DNA of 64,000 nucleotides from Candidatus Latescibacterota bacterium (GTDB taxonomy: Bacteria; Latescibacterota; UBA2968; UBA8231). The translations under genes were made by a program, and so were the position numbers. The stretch's first letter is position 1; every line of letters begins with the position of its first letter. The notes below the pieces were generated by a model. It saw only the letters and a program-made list of their open reading frames with translations, ran no database searches and was not told the origin of the DNA. Shown here piece after piece: positions 10,111 to 19,651 of this stretch. The stretch covers positions 1,312,001 to 1,376,000 of the forward strand of contig OZ220089.1 of NCBI GenBank assembly GCA_964291625.2, given 5' to 3'.

Positions 10111-10520
10111 TCACTTGCTGGCCGAATAGCGCACTAGACGCTTGTTGGTTTCCGACTTGGGCAGCCTGCACCGAGGGTGAGCACAGATCGCTTCAGGCCT
10201 GCGTAGAGCATGCTCGCGCTTGTAGCGGAGCCCTCGAACATGCGGTCGAGGAGCCACAGAACCCCGTGGCAATCGACGTTCTCCTCGTTTGCCAACTCAC
10301 GCAGCACCTGGTCACCGGTGAGCAGGGTCCAACCGTTGCCCGCCGCAAGGGCAAGAGCGAAGCTGTCCGGGAGCGAGAGAGACGGCTGCTTTCTCCGGTA
10401 GCCAAGGGCCTGAACGACTCCGGCGCCCTCCAGCCCCTCGATTCTCAGCCCAAGCCCCAGCAGGTCAGCGCCCCCGTGGTCCTTCAACTCGCGCTCGTAC
10501 AGGAGGTCTGGGACGGCTAA
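10111..10520 (-). pseudogene. PIN-domain protein, N-terminus missing, frameshift at ~10190
   Basis: AVPDLLYEREL..LSLPDSFALALA..LLTGDQVLR..HGVLWLLD; the shifted frame continues ICAHPRCRLPKSETNKRLVRYSASK*. Confidence 0.8.
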
Positions 10521-11596
10521 TGGGCTGCACTCTCCAGCTTTGGCGGTTGTTCCATGCGCTGGTTCAGGTCGTGGGCTGAGACGCCCAGCAGCTCCGCAGC
10601 CTTGGCCTGGGAAATCGCGCCCTCGGCCAGGGCGCGGAAGCACAGGCGCTCGAAGCGTCGGGGCTCCTCCCTCTTCATGGCGAGGGGCTCCTGGTAGGGG
10701 GGCGTGCGCCAGCCAAACTGCGAGATGTCCTTGAACAGGCGCCGGTACAGGGTCTCGCTGAAGATTTGAAGATCCTTGCACCGATAGGTCAGTGCCTGAA
10801 CGCTCACGCCGAACAACTGCTTGAGATCGAAGAGTTCCTCCCAGCCGATGGAGGTGCGGTGCTTGCCCATGCCGGCCCACACGGCCTCGGCGGGCATCAG
10901 TAACGCTCCGGCGAAACGGAAGGCGGCCTTCTCGGGGTCTACCTTCGGGGCGACTTCCAAGACCAGATGTCCTAGCTCGCGGGCCATCGTCAGCCGCTGC
11001 CGCTCGCCCCCGTCGCTGTCGTTGACAACGAGGACGGGAATCGTCGTGTTGCCGGCGCGACGCACCCGGGCCGTGAGGCCATCGATCCTTCCGAGAGCGC
11101 ACGAGAGCACCTTGATGCCGTGCTCTTCCATCACCTCGACCAAGTTAGGGATAGGGTCCAGCCCCAGGCCCCAGTACGAGCGGAGGCTGTGTGCGGCCCG
11201 GTCGGCCTCCCCGGGGTGGCTGACGACGGGGAACGGTGCCTCCCGGGGCTTGTCCCAGTTTACACTGGTCAACCCGAGGAACTCCTCGACCATGAGATAC
11301 CGCTCCAGCAGGTGCAGTACCTTCGCCTCGACCTGCGCCTCATCACGCCTGCCCGTGATCCTCTTCTTGCGAAACTCGACGGACTCCAGAGCCATTTCCT
11401 GCTCACCGACCAGGTAGTCCACCGGGACCGAGAGGGCATCGGCCAGCGCGATCAGCACTCCTGAGCTCGGCATGGACTCGTCGCGCTCGTACTTGCCGAT
11501 CGCCTGCGCCGTCACGCGTCTGGCGATGCGTTCCTCCAGGCCGCGAAGTGAAAGGCCTGCTGCCGTACGAGCAAGCTTGAGTCTCTGGCCGATCAA
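10517..11596 (-). CDS. XRE HTH + ImmA/IrrE (M78) regulator with degenerate HExxH
   Basis: IGQRLKLARTAAGLSLRGL..AIGKYE; RQRLTMARELGH; RFAGALLMP. Confidence 0.9.
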   Translation of the reverse strand: MIGQRLKLARTAAGLSLRGLEERIARRVTAQAIGKYERDESMPSSGVLIALADALSVPVDYLVGEQEMALESVEFRKKRITGRRDEAQVEAKVLHLLERYLMVEEFLGLTSVNWDKPREAPFPVVSHPGEADRAAHSLRSYWGLGLDPIPNLVEVMEEHGIKVLSCALGRIDGLTARVRRAGNTTIPVLVVNDSDGGERQRLTMARELGHLVLEVAPKVDPEKAAFRFAGALLMPAEAVWAGMGKHRTSIGWEELFDLKQLFGVSVQALTYRCKDLQIFSETLYRRLFKDISQFGWRTPPYQEPLAMKREEPRRFERLCFRALAEGAISQAKAAELLGVSAHDLNQRMEQPPKLESAAH

Positions 11597-11770
11597 GATA
11601 TCACTCTCCCCCGCGGAAAGTTTCCAAACGACTCTGTCAATCTACAGAATGTAAACTGAACCGCAAGGGCTCCGGGGCAAACCTCCTGAGGGACAGGGCG
11701 CCCCATGCCGCCGCAGTCCGGGTAGCCCTCCAGGATCACCACGAGGCCGGCCTTGCCGGCCAAAGCCCCG

Positions 11771-11799
11771 TTGACAACCGCCCGCAGCCGCCTTACCGT
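11771..11799 (+). promoter_or_regulatory. Sigma70-like promoter
   Basis: TTGACA-17 bp-TACCGT upstream of 11839. Confidence 0.5.
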
Positions 11800-11838
11800 G
11801 CGGGCATGTCCTTCCCCCGCAAAAGGATGGGGTGAATC

Positions 11839-12567
11839 ATGAGAACTCCCTTTCACGGCCTCCTGCTCCTCTGCCTGGCCTCCGGCTGCGGCTACCACCA
11901 CTACGCGGGCCCCCTGGAGCCCACCGGCGAGCAGGAGACGGCGCTCACCGTGGCCGACGACGGCAGCGTCACCTATGCCAGGGGCCGCCTGGACGTCGTG
12001 CTGCGCCCCATGAGCGACGAGGAGCTGAACCGCCAGTTCGCCGAGCATTCCCGGGGCGGGGTGAAGGCGACCAACCCCTACACCTTCGGCGACACCGACT
12101 TCTTCATCGGGAGGAAGGACCCCCAGCGCTTCACCGTGTTCAGCCTGGCGGTGCGGAACTACGAGTACCCGAAGATCATCATCGAGCCGGAACAGGTGCA
12201 GATGATCGCCGGCAACGGGCGCCACTACTGGAGCCTGAACATCTCCCAGCTCGAGAACTACTACCGGATATACGCCGTCGGCTACCGGGGCAACGCCTAC
12301 GAGCGCAACAACGAGCGGTCCGGCGTGATGCTGCGCACCCTGGCCCAGCCCGAGCCCGTCTTCAACGGCCAGGAGACCGAGGGCTTCATCGTCTTCCCCG
12401 CCCTGCACCCGGACGTGACCGAGGTCGAGGTCGTCATCAACGACGCCATGCTGCGCTTCGACTACCGCGACGAGCCGGTGGAGATGGTGGACATCACCTA
12501 CCGCTTCCGGCGCGACGTGGGCCGCCGCTACCACGACGGCAGCATCGAGCTCACCGCCCGGGACTGA
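11839..12567 (+). CDS. Hypothetical lipoprotein
   Basis: Signal peptide with LASGC lipobox; strong coding bias. Confidence 0.8.
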   Translation: MRTPFHGLLLLCLASGCGYHHYAGPLEPTGEQETALTVADDGSVTYARGRLDVVLRPMSDEELNRQFAEHSRGGVKATNPYTFGDTDFFIGRKDPQRFTVFSLAVRNYEYPKIIIEPEQVQMIAGNGRHYWSLNISQLENYYRIYAVGYRGNAYERNNERSGVMLRTLAQPEPVFNGQETEGFIVFPALHPDVTEVEVVINDAMLRFDYRDEPVEMVDITYRFRRDVGRRYHDGSIELTARD

Positions 12568-14656
12568 TCTCCGGGCGGGGCCCCCCGCCTGCCTCCAGCC
12601 GATCCGCCGTCTCGAGGGCCCGCCGGGCCTCCTCGGGGCGGCCCATGCGTTGGTACAGCCCCCCGAGGTGCCTCCGCGTGAGGGCGTCAGCCGGGGCGGC
12701 CGCCGCCGCCGCCCGCAGGGCCCGCTCGGCCTCCTCGAGGAGGCCGGCCCGGGCGTACAGGGCTCCGAGGTTGCGCTGGGCCGGCGCCAGGCCCGGGTCC
12801 TGCTCCACGGCCCGCTCCAGGCAGCGGACCTGCTCCTGCAGCCGTCCCAGGCCGGCGGCGGCCACCGACTTCCCGTACCAGGCGGCCCCGGCCGACGGCC
12901 GCGCCTCCAGGGCCCGGGTGAAGGCCCGCCAGGCGCGGGCCGGGTCGCGGCGGACCAGGGCGAGATGTCCCAGGTGGTACCAGCCCTCGTGCTGCACCGC
13001 CTCCCGGGGATCGATCTCCAGGGCCCGGGCAAAGGCCCTGGAGGACTCGGCCAGCCGCTCCCGGCGCAGCTGCAGCCGGCCGAGGTTGAGCCAGGCCCGG
13101 GCGTAGCGCGGGTCCCGCTCCAGGGCGCGCCGGTAGGAGCGCTCCGCCTCCACGGGGCGGCCGAGGTGCTCGTGGACGACGCCGAGGCTGTTGTGCGCGT
13201 CCGGGCTGCCGGGGTCGCGGACCAGGGCCGCGGTCAGGGCCGCCTCGGCCGCCGGGTAGTCGCCCCGCCGCATGTGCAGGTGCCCCAGGAGCCACTCGGA
13301 CCGCAGGTGGTCCAGCCCCCGGATGTCGACCCCGGTGTGGGCCGCGGCGGCCCCGCCGGCGAGCAGCGCCGCGCCCGCCGCCAGGCGCCGGAACCGGCGG
13401 CCGGCCGCCGCCCGGCAGAGGCCCTCCACGCCGATGCCGGCGAAGAGGATCAGGAAGGGGGCCGCCGGCAGGCGGTAGCGGGCGCTCACCGTGAACATCA
13501 GGCACGAGGCCAGCCAGGCGAGGATGCAGCCCGCCAGGAGCCGATGCTCCGGCCGCCGCAGCCCGCCGCCGAGGACGAGCCCGGCCAGGGCCAGGGGCAC
13601 CACCACACCCATCCCCGGCAGGAAGGGATACAGGGGGGAGCCGGCCTCGATGGTGCGCAGGTCGGCGCTCACCGGCACCTCGTGGTGGTGCCAGAACAGG
13701 CGCAGCTTGCGGTAGAGCAGCTCCAGCCAGCGGCCGGGCTCCGAGGCGATGAACCGCAGGGCCTGGTCCGTGTAGTAGGCGCCCCGCTGCGCCGGCTCGA
13801 CGGCGCCGGCCCGGACCGCCTGCAACTCCAGGCGCTGCCACTCGGCCCCCTGGCGCACATAGGGCGTGCCGTCGGCCCCGGGGTTGGCCCCCTGGTAGAA
13901 GCTCCAGCCCCCCTGGAAGGGCACGGGACTGCCCTGCACGATCTGGTTGCGCGCCAGGTACGGGGACAGGACCAGCACCATGGCCAGGGCCATCTGCGCC
14001 AGCCGCCGGCCTCCCTGCCGCCGCCACACCCACCCGGCGGCCACCGGCGCCAGCAGGATCGTATTGGCCCGGGTCATGGCCAGCAGGCCGAGCAGCGCCC
14101 CGGCGGTGATCGCCGGCCAGGGGGATGAACGGGCGCCGCCCCCCTTTCCGGCGGGGCCGTCCCCGGAGCCGTTGCCGGCGGCCAGCAGCGCCTCCACCAG
14201 GACCAGCTCCAGCAGCAGCACCAGGGTCGTGGCCAGCAGCTCGCCGCCGAAGAGGATGAAAGGCCAGTACACCGCCGCCAGGAGGCCGGCGGCCAGCCCC
14301 GCCGCGGGCGAGGCGCAACGGCGGCCGATGCGGTGGATCAGCCAGCAGCAGGCGGCCCCCATGACCGCCTGCAGCAACCGCGCGCCCACCAGTCCGATCC
14401 CCAGGCCCTTGCAGGCCGCCAGCAGCACCGGGTAGAGGAAACCGTGGACGTAGGCGGTCTCCAGGTCCAGCAGCCACCGCCCGGCGAGCAGGGCCGACGC
14501 CAGGCCGTCGTACTCGTGCGCGTCCAGGACGAGCGTCCCGAAGTGGGGCAGGGAGCGGATGTCGAGCAGGTGCAGCAGGCGCAGGAGAAGCGCCAGGGCG
14601 AAGACGGAAATCCCGGCGAAGCGGTGGCCGGCGAGACCTGTGGCGGCCCGGATCAG
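12551..14656 (-). CDS. GT39/ArnT-like membrane glycosyltransferase with C-terminal TPR repeats
   Basis: LLLRLLHL..LVLDAHEYD..LYP N-terminus lies upstream of the listed ORF start 14428; RYRLP; AHNSLG/AWLNLG TPRs; start uncertain (CTG 14656). Confidence 0.8.
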   Translation of the reverse strand: MIRAATGLAGHRFAGISVFALALLLRLLHLLDIRSLPHFGTLVLDAHEYDGLASALLAGRWLLDLETAYVHGFLYPVLLAACKGLGIGLVGARLLQAVMGAACCWLIHRIGRRCASPAAGLAAGLLAAVYWPFILFGGELLATTLVLLLELVLVEALLAAGNGSGDGPAGKGGGARSSPWPAITAGALLGLLAMTRANTILLAPVAAGWVWRRQGGRRLAQMALAMVLVLSPYLARNQIVQGSPVPFQGGWSFYQGANPGADGTPYVRQGAEWQRLELQAVRAGAVEPAQRGAYYTDQALRFIASEPGRWLELLYRKLRLFWHHHEVPVSADLRTIEAGSPLYPFLPGMGVVVPLALAGLVLGGGLRRPEHRLLAGCILAWLASCLMFTVSARYRLPAAPFLILFAGIGVEGLCRAAAGRRFRRLAAGAALLAGGAAAAHTGVDIRGLDHLRSEWLLGHLHMRRGDYPAAEAALTAALVRDPGSPDAHNSLGVVHEHLGRPVEAERSYRRALERDPRYARAWLNLGRLQLRRERLAESSRAFARALEIDPREAVQHEGWYHLGHLALVRRDPARAWRAFTRALEARPSAGAAWYGKSVAAAGLGRLQEQVRCLERAVEQDPGLAPAQRNLGALYARAGLLEEAERALRAAAAAAPADALTRRHLGGLYQRMGRPEEARRALETADRLEAGGGPRPEISPGR

Positions 14657-14665
14657 GGGGGACCC

Positions 14666-17572
14666 CTACAGGACGGAAACGACCTCGAGCCAGCTCCCCC
14701 CGCGCTCGGCGTTGGCCGACTCGATCGCCTCCTTCGACCCGAGGACGACCACCCGGCCGGTCTCGGCCAGCCCCTCGAGGCGCTCGCCGAAGTCGTGGAA
14801 GTCGGCCGCCGTCGTGGCCAGCACGTCGTCGCGCAGACCCTGGCGGTAGTCGTCGTCCACTCCCGTCAGCTCGCGCACCATGGAGGTGTATCCCCGGGCG
14901 TCGGGGAGCTGGTACGCGTCCATCTCGCCGATGGCGCCGATGATCGCCTTGGCGCGCTCCTCCTCCGACAGGTCGAGGCCGCGGAGGAAGGCGGCGGCGC
15001 CGTCGTACACGCGGATCGTGTCGAGCAAGTTGGGGTCCCGGTAGGAGCCGAAGCCGATCACGCCGGTGAAGGGGTCGAAGGAGCAGAACGCGCCGTAGGC
15101 CCCGCCCTGGACCCGCACTCGGTCCCACAGGTAGCTGGTGCGCAGGTACTTGGTGATCACCGCCGCCGAGCCCCGCAGCTCGTAGCCCTGGGCGTAGAGG
15201 TCCCCGCCCTTGCCGACGTAGTTGACCTGCGCCGGCAGGGTCAGCCCTTCGTCGCCGGCGCCGTAGCGAGGCGACCACTCCTGCAGGTTCCCCCCGCGGG
15301 CGGGGAGGGACCCGGCGAGGCCGGCCAGGTGCGGCTCCACGGCGGCGCGGTCGGCGTCGGCCACGGTGGCGTTCATCAGCAGGGTGTCGCGGTCGACGAG
15401 GTGTCCGCGCACGGCCTCCAGCTGGTTCAGCACCGAGGGCCAGTCGTGGCGGATGCGCTCCACCAGCGAGCGCAGGTAGAACAGGTAGCTCACGCCGTCC
15501 ATCTGCTCGCTCACCCAGGAGGCCTCGTCGAACCGGGAGCACAGGCGCAGGGCGACGACCGAGTGGCCCCCCGGGACCAGCCCCGCCTCCTCCCCCGCCT
15601 TCTCCTCCAGGGCCATCTGAAGCAGGCGCTCGCGGTTGTCCAGGCGCACCGTGGTGAGCACGTCGCGCACGATGTCGACGAGATCCCCCGTGCGGCCGAC
15701 CATCGCCTTGCCGCGCAGGAAGAACCGGGCCACGGCCCGGTCCCCGCGGCGCTGGCCGGTGACCAGGCTGTGGGCCGCGAGCCCGCCCGTACGCGCGCCG
15801 ATGCGCTGCGACAGGCGCACGAAGTCCTCGGTCTCGGTGCCGATCTCGAGGAGGCAGCGCCCGAAGAGGGGCATCAGGGGCAGCAGCTCCTGGGGCACGG
15901 CGCGCAGGTCGAAGCCGATGTCGAGGTAGAGGATGCCGTTGGTGAACAGGTCGTGGTAGAGGACCGGGGAGCCCGCCGCCTCACCCCGCTCCAGGGGGAT
16001 GGTGGGCACCTGCCGGTCGAGGTCGGCCAGCTGCAGCCGCGGCAGCTTCGCCAGGTCGGCGGGATCGTCGGGCGCCTCCTGGCGGGCCTTCAGCTCCCGC
16101 GCCTCGGCGCGGACCCGCTCCACGGAGGCCGCGTCCATCCGCTCCCGGGCCGCCGCCAGACGCGCCTTCTCGTCCCCCTCCTCGCGCTCCACCTGTCCGG
16201 CGTCGGGCCGCAGGCGGACGGTGGTGCGGTGGGGGTTGTCCAGCAGACAGCCCTCGATCAGGCCTTCGAGCCAGCCTCCCTCCAGGACCCGGGCCCGCAC
16301 CGCCTTCAGGGGCGCGTCGAAGCTCAGGGGCTCGAAGGGATCGCCGTCGTAGAGCCACGTGGTCAGCGACCGCAACATGAGGATCAGCCCCCGCGGGTAG
16401 GAGCCGGTGTTGTTCTCCCGCAGGCGGAACTCGCAGGTGTTGAGCGACGCCCGCACCGTCTCCCCGTCGAGGCCCTCGCGGGCCAGCCGGCCGAGGGTCT
16501 CCGTCACCAGGGCCTCCACCTTGTCCTCGTCGGCGTCGGCGACCCCCTTCAGGCCGGCCGAGAAGATCGTCTCCTTCAGCTCCGTCTCCATGCCCGACCC
16601 CGCCAGGTCCTCCCCCAGGCCGGACTCGATCAGGGCCTTGCGCAGGGGCGAGGCGGGGGTGCCCAGGAGGACGTGGTCGAGGATCTCCAGGCCGAGGCGG
16701 CTCTCGAAGTCCGGCGCCGGCGGCAGCAGCCAGTTGACGGTGACGTAGTGCTTGCCGCCCTCGTGGCCGTCGCCGGCGGCGTAGGTGTGGTCGCAGCGGC
16801 GCGGCTCTCTCCAGCGCGGCTGGACGCCGACGGAGGAGTCGACGCTCCGGGGCTCGAACTCCTCCAGGTATGCCTCCAGGGTCTCGAGGCGCCGCTCGGG
16901 CGGGTCGTCGCCGTAGAACCAGATGAAGGCGTTGCCGGGGTGGTAGAGGTCGCGGTGGAAGGCGGAGAAGCTCTCCCACGTCAGGTCGGGGATGTGCCTG
17001 GGGTGGCCTCCCGACTCGACGCCGTAGGTCGTGTCGGGGAACAGCCCCTGCTGGATCGCCTCGCCCAGGACCCGCTCCGGCGAGGAGTAGGCGCCCTTCA
17101 TCTCGTTGTAGACGACGCCGCTGTAGGCCAGCTCCCCCTCCTCGACCTCGTAGTGCCAGCCCTCCTGCTTGAGGACCTCGGGCGTCAGCCGCGGGTGGAA
17201 GACGGCGTCGAGGTAGACGTCGACGAGGTTGTGGAAGTCGCGCAGGTTCTGGCTGGCCACGGGGTAGCAGGTGCGGTCGGGATAGGTGAAGGCGTTGAGG
17301 AAGGTCTTCAGCGACCCCTTGAGGAGCTCGACGAAGGGCTCCTTCACCGGGTACTTGCGGGAGCCGCAGAGCACGCAGTGCTCGAGGATGTGGGCGATGC
17401 CGGTGGAGTCGGAGGGTGGCGTGCGGAAGGTGATGCCGAAGACCTTGTTGGCGTCGTCGCCGTTGACGACCGACATGAGCCGGGCCCCCGTGGGATGGCT
17501 GTACAAGGTCGCCTCCGAGCCCAGCTCGGGGATGCTGCGCCGGGCTTCCGCCTCGAACCGATGCGCGCTCAT
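14666..17572 (-). CDS. Presequence protease PreP / M16C insulinase-family peptidase
   Basis: HILEHCVLCGSRKYPVKEPF, LNAFTYPDRT, GVVYNEMKG, RVQGGAYG. Confidence 0.95.
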   Translation of the reverse strand: MSAHRFEAEARRSIPELGSEATLYSHPTGARLMSVVNGDDANKVFGITFRTPPSDSTGIAHILEHCVLCGSRKYPVKEPFVELLKGSLKTFLNAFTYPDRTCYPVASQNLRDFHNLVDVYLDAVFHPRLTPEVLKQEGWHYEVEEGELAYSGVVYNEMKGAYSSPERVLGEAIQQGLFPDTTYGVESGGHPRHIPDLTWESFSAFHRDLYHPGNAFIWFYGDDPPERRLETLEAYLEEFEPRSVDSSVGVQPRWREPRRCDHTYAAGDGHEGGKHYVTVNWLLPPAPDFESRLGLEILDHVLLGTPASPLRKALIESGLGEDLAGSGMETELKETIFSAGLKGVADADEDKVEALVTETLGRLAREGLDGETVRASLNTCEFRLRENNTGSYPRGLILMLRSLTTWLYDGDPFEPLSFDAPLKAVRARVLEGGWLEGLIEGCLLDNPHRTTVRLRPDAGQVEREEGDEKARLAAARERMDAASVERVRAEARELKARQEAPDDPADLAKLPRLQLADLDRQVPTIPLERGEAAGSPVLYHDLFTNGILYLDIGFDLRAVPQELLPLMPLFGRCLLEIGTETEDFVRLSQRIGARTGGLAAHSLVTGQRRGDRAVARFFLRGKAMVGRTGDLVDIVRDVLTTVRLDNRERLLQMALEEKAGEEAGLVPGGHSVVALRLCSRFDEASWVSEQMDGVSYLFYLRSLVERIRHDWPSVLNQLEAVRGHLVDRDTLLMNATVADADRAAVEPHLAGLAGSLPARGGNLQEWSPRYGAGDEGLTLPAQVNYVGKGGDLYAQGYELRGSAAVITKYLRTSYLWDRVRVQGGAYGAFCSFDPFTGVIGFGSYRDPNLLDTIRVYDGAAAFLRGLDLSEEERAKAIIGAIGEMDAYQLPDARGYTSMVRELTGVDDDYRQGLRDDVLATTAADFHDFGERLEGLAETGRVVVLGSKEAIESANAERGGSWLEVVSVL

Positions 17573-18417
17573 GACAGCCCCCAGACCTCGGCCGCCGTGC
17601 CGCCGAGGATGCGGTCCCGCTGGGCGGCGGTGAGGAAGTCGAAGCCCTCGCGCACGAGGCGCAGCTCCTCGCCCAGGGAGAGCCAGCCGTGGCGGGTGCG
17701 GTGGTGTCCGGGATAGCCGGTGCCCCAGAGGCAGCGCTCGGCGCCGTAGGCGTCGACCAGGGCGCGCACGTAGGGGTGGGTGTCGGCGAAGGGGAACTCC
17801 TTGGAGAGGGACCGCCCCTTCACGTCGGAGATCTTGACGAACAGGTTGGGCAGCTCCGCCAGGGCCGTGATCGGCTCCCAGGGCTCGGGGCCGTCCTCGA
17901 GGCGCGGGTAGCCCATGTGGTCGATGAGGAGCTTCATGCGCGGATGGCGGCGGGCGATCTCGGCGATCTGGCCGGCGAAGGGCGGGCTCGTGTGGAACTG
18001 GATCACCGCGTCGCGGGCGGCCAGGACCTCCCACATGGCGCGGTTGCCGCCGGTGGTCAGGACCTCCTCCTCCGGGTAGTACATGGGATGGAAACGGAAC
18101 CCGGCGAGGCCGCGTTCCTCCATCCAGTAGCGGGCCGTCTCGGCGTTGCCCGCCTCGTCCTGCGGGTCGATCAGCCCGTGGCCGATGAAGCGGTCCGGGA
18201 AGCGCGCCGTCGAGTCGGCGATGTAGCCGTTGTCCCAGGTCGACCACGAGGTCTGCACCAGCACCGAGCGGTCGACGCCGTTGGCGTCCATTTCCTCGAG
18301 CAGCTCGTCGGCGGTGCCGGGCTCGTCCGGCTCCGAGGTCCAGTTCGGCGCCGTGGGCCCCACGGGGTAGCGCGGCGGATCGATCTCCCAGACGTGCACG
18401 TGCGTGTCGACGATCAA
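17569..18417 (-). CDS. Amidohydrolase_2 family protein
   Basis: IVDTHVHVW, LIDHMG, VKIS, YGAERCLWGT. Confidence 0.9.
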   Translation of the reverse strand: MIVDTHVHVWEIDPPRYPVGPTAPNWTSEPDEPGTADELLEEMDANGVDRSVLVQTSWSTWDNGYIADSTARFPDRFIGHGLIDPQDEAGNAETARYWMEERGLAGFRFHPMYYPEEEVLTTGGNRAMWEVLAARDAVIQFHTSPPFAGQIAEIARRHPRMKLLIDHMGYPRLEDGPEPWEPITALAELPNLFVKISDVKGRSLSKEFPFADTHPYVRALVDAYGAERCLWGTGYPGHHRTRHGWLSLGEELRLVREGFDFLTAAQRDRILGGTAAEVWGLS

Positions 18418-18463
18418 TTCGGTCTCTCCCCGGCCGCTGGCGCGGCCCCCGGTTCGATGGGAC

Positions 18464-19651
18464 TCACCATCCCTGCCCCGGCACCGGCGGCAGCGAGATC
18501 TTGCCGAGGACGGCGTCGGCCTTGGCCCCGGTGGCGGCGCGCACGTTGCCGGCGCGCCCCATGAGCGTCTCGTTGGCCAGGACCGCGAAGGCCAGGGCCT
18601 CCTTGGCGTCGGCAGGCACGCCAAGGCGGTCGATGGCCCCCAACTCCCGCGGCGCCAGGGCCTCCTCGAGCAGCGCCATCAGGTGGCTGTTGCGCACCCC
18701 GCCGCCGCCGACCCAGACCTCCTCGAGGGCGCCCTCGGGATCGGCGAAGCGGTCGACGCCGGCGGCGATGGCGCGCGCCGTGAAGGCCGTCAGGGTCGCC
18801 ACCAGGTCCGCCGGCCCGAGCTGCGCCTGGCGCACGACCTCGGCCAGGTACAGGGTGCCGAACTCCTCGCGGCCCGTCGACTTCGGCGGCGGCCGGCGGA
18901 AGAACTCGTGCTTCATCAGCCGCTCCAGCCACTCCTCGTTCACCTCCCCCGCCGCCGCCCGGCGGCCGCCGTCGTCGAAGCGCTCCACCCCCCCGGTGAG
19001 GTGCATGACGGCGGCGTCCACGAGGGCGTTGCCCGGCCCCAGGTCGAAGGCCAGGACCCCCTGCTCGCGGCGGGCCCCCGGGGGCAGGGCGGTGACGTTG
19101 GCCATGCCGCCGATGTTGAGCAGCAGCCGGCCGCGGTCCGGGTGGCCGAAGAGGAGCACGTCCACCAGCGGCACCAGGGGCGCCCCTTCGCCCTCGGCGG
19201 CCATGTCGGCGGGCCGGAAGTCGCTCACCACCGGGATCCCCGTGTGCCGGGCGACGACGGCGGCCTCGCCGATCTGAAGGGTCGAGGGCGGATCGGACCT
19301 GGGCAGGTGGCGCACCGTCTGGCCGTGGCTGCCCACGAGGTCGATCGCCGCCGGCTCGAGGTTGGCCGCCTCCGTCACCTGCAGGGTGGCATCCGCCAGG
19401 GCCGCGCCGAGGGCGAAGTTCACCCGGCACAGGTCCTCCACCAGGGCGTCGGGCTGGAACAGCAGGAACAGGTCCGCCTGCAGCGCCTCCGGCAGCGGGT
19501 GGGTCAGGTGGGCGAGGACTTCGAACTCCGTGCTCTCGCCCCAGCCCTCGATCTCGGCGAGGACGGCGTCGATGCCGTCGGCGGAGGTGCCCGTCATCAG
19601 TCCCACGACGCGGCGCGACTCCTTGGAGGCGCTCTCGATCAGGCGCTGCAC
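18464..19651 (-). CDS. anmK: Anhydro-N-acetylmuramic acid kinase
   Basis: GLMTGTSADGID, GSHGQT, DMAAEGEGAPL, LNIGGMAN, PPKSTGREEF, KEALAFA. Confidence 0.95.
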   Translation of the reverse strand: MQRLIESASKESRRVVGLMTGTSADGIDAVLAEIEGWGESTEFEVLAHLTHPLPEALQADLFLLFQPDALVEDLCRVNFALGAALADATLQVTEAANLEPAAIDLVGSHGQTVRHLPRSDPPSTLQIGEAAVVARHTGIPVVSDFRPADMAAEGEGAPLVPLVDVLLFGHPDRGRLLLNIGGMANVTALPPGARREQGVLAFDLGPGNALVDAAVMHLTGGVERFDDGGRRAAAGEVNEEWLERLMKHEFFRRPPPKSTGREEFGTLYLAEVVRQAQLGPADLVATLTAFTARAIAAGVDRFADPEGALEEVWVGGGGVRNSHLMALLEEALAPRELGAIDRLGVPADAKEALAFAVLANETLMGRAGNVRAATGAKADAVLGKISLPPVPGQGW

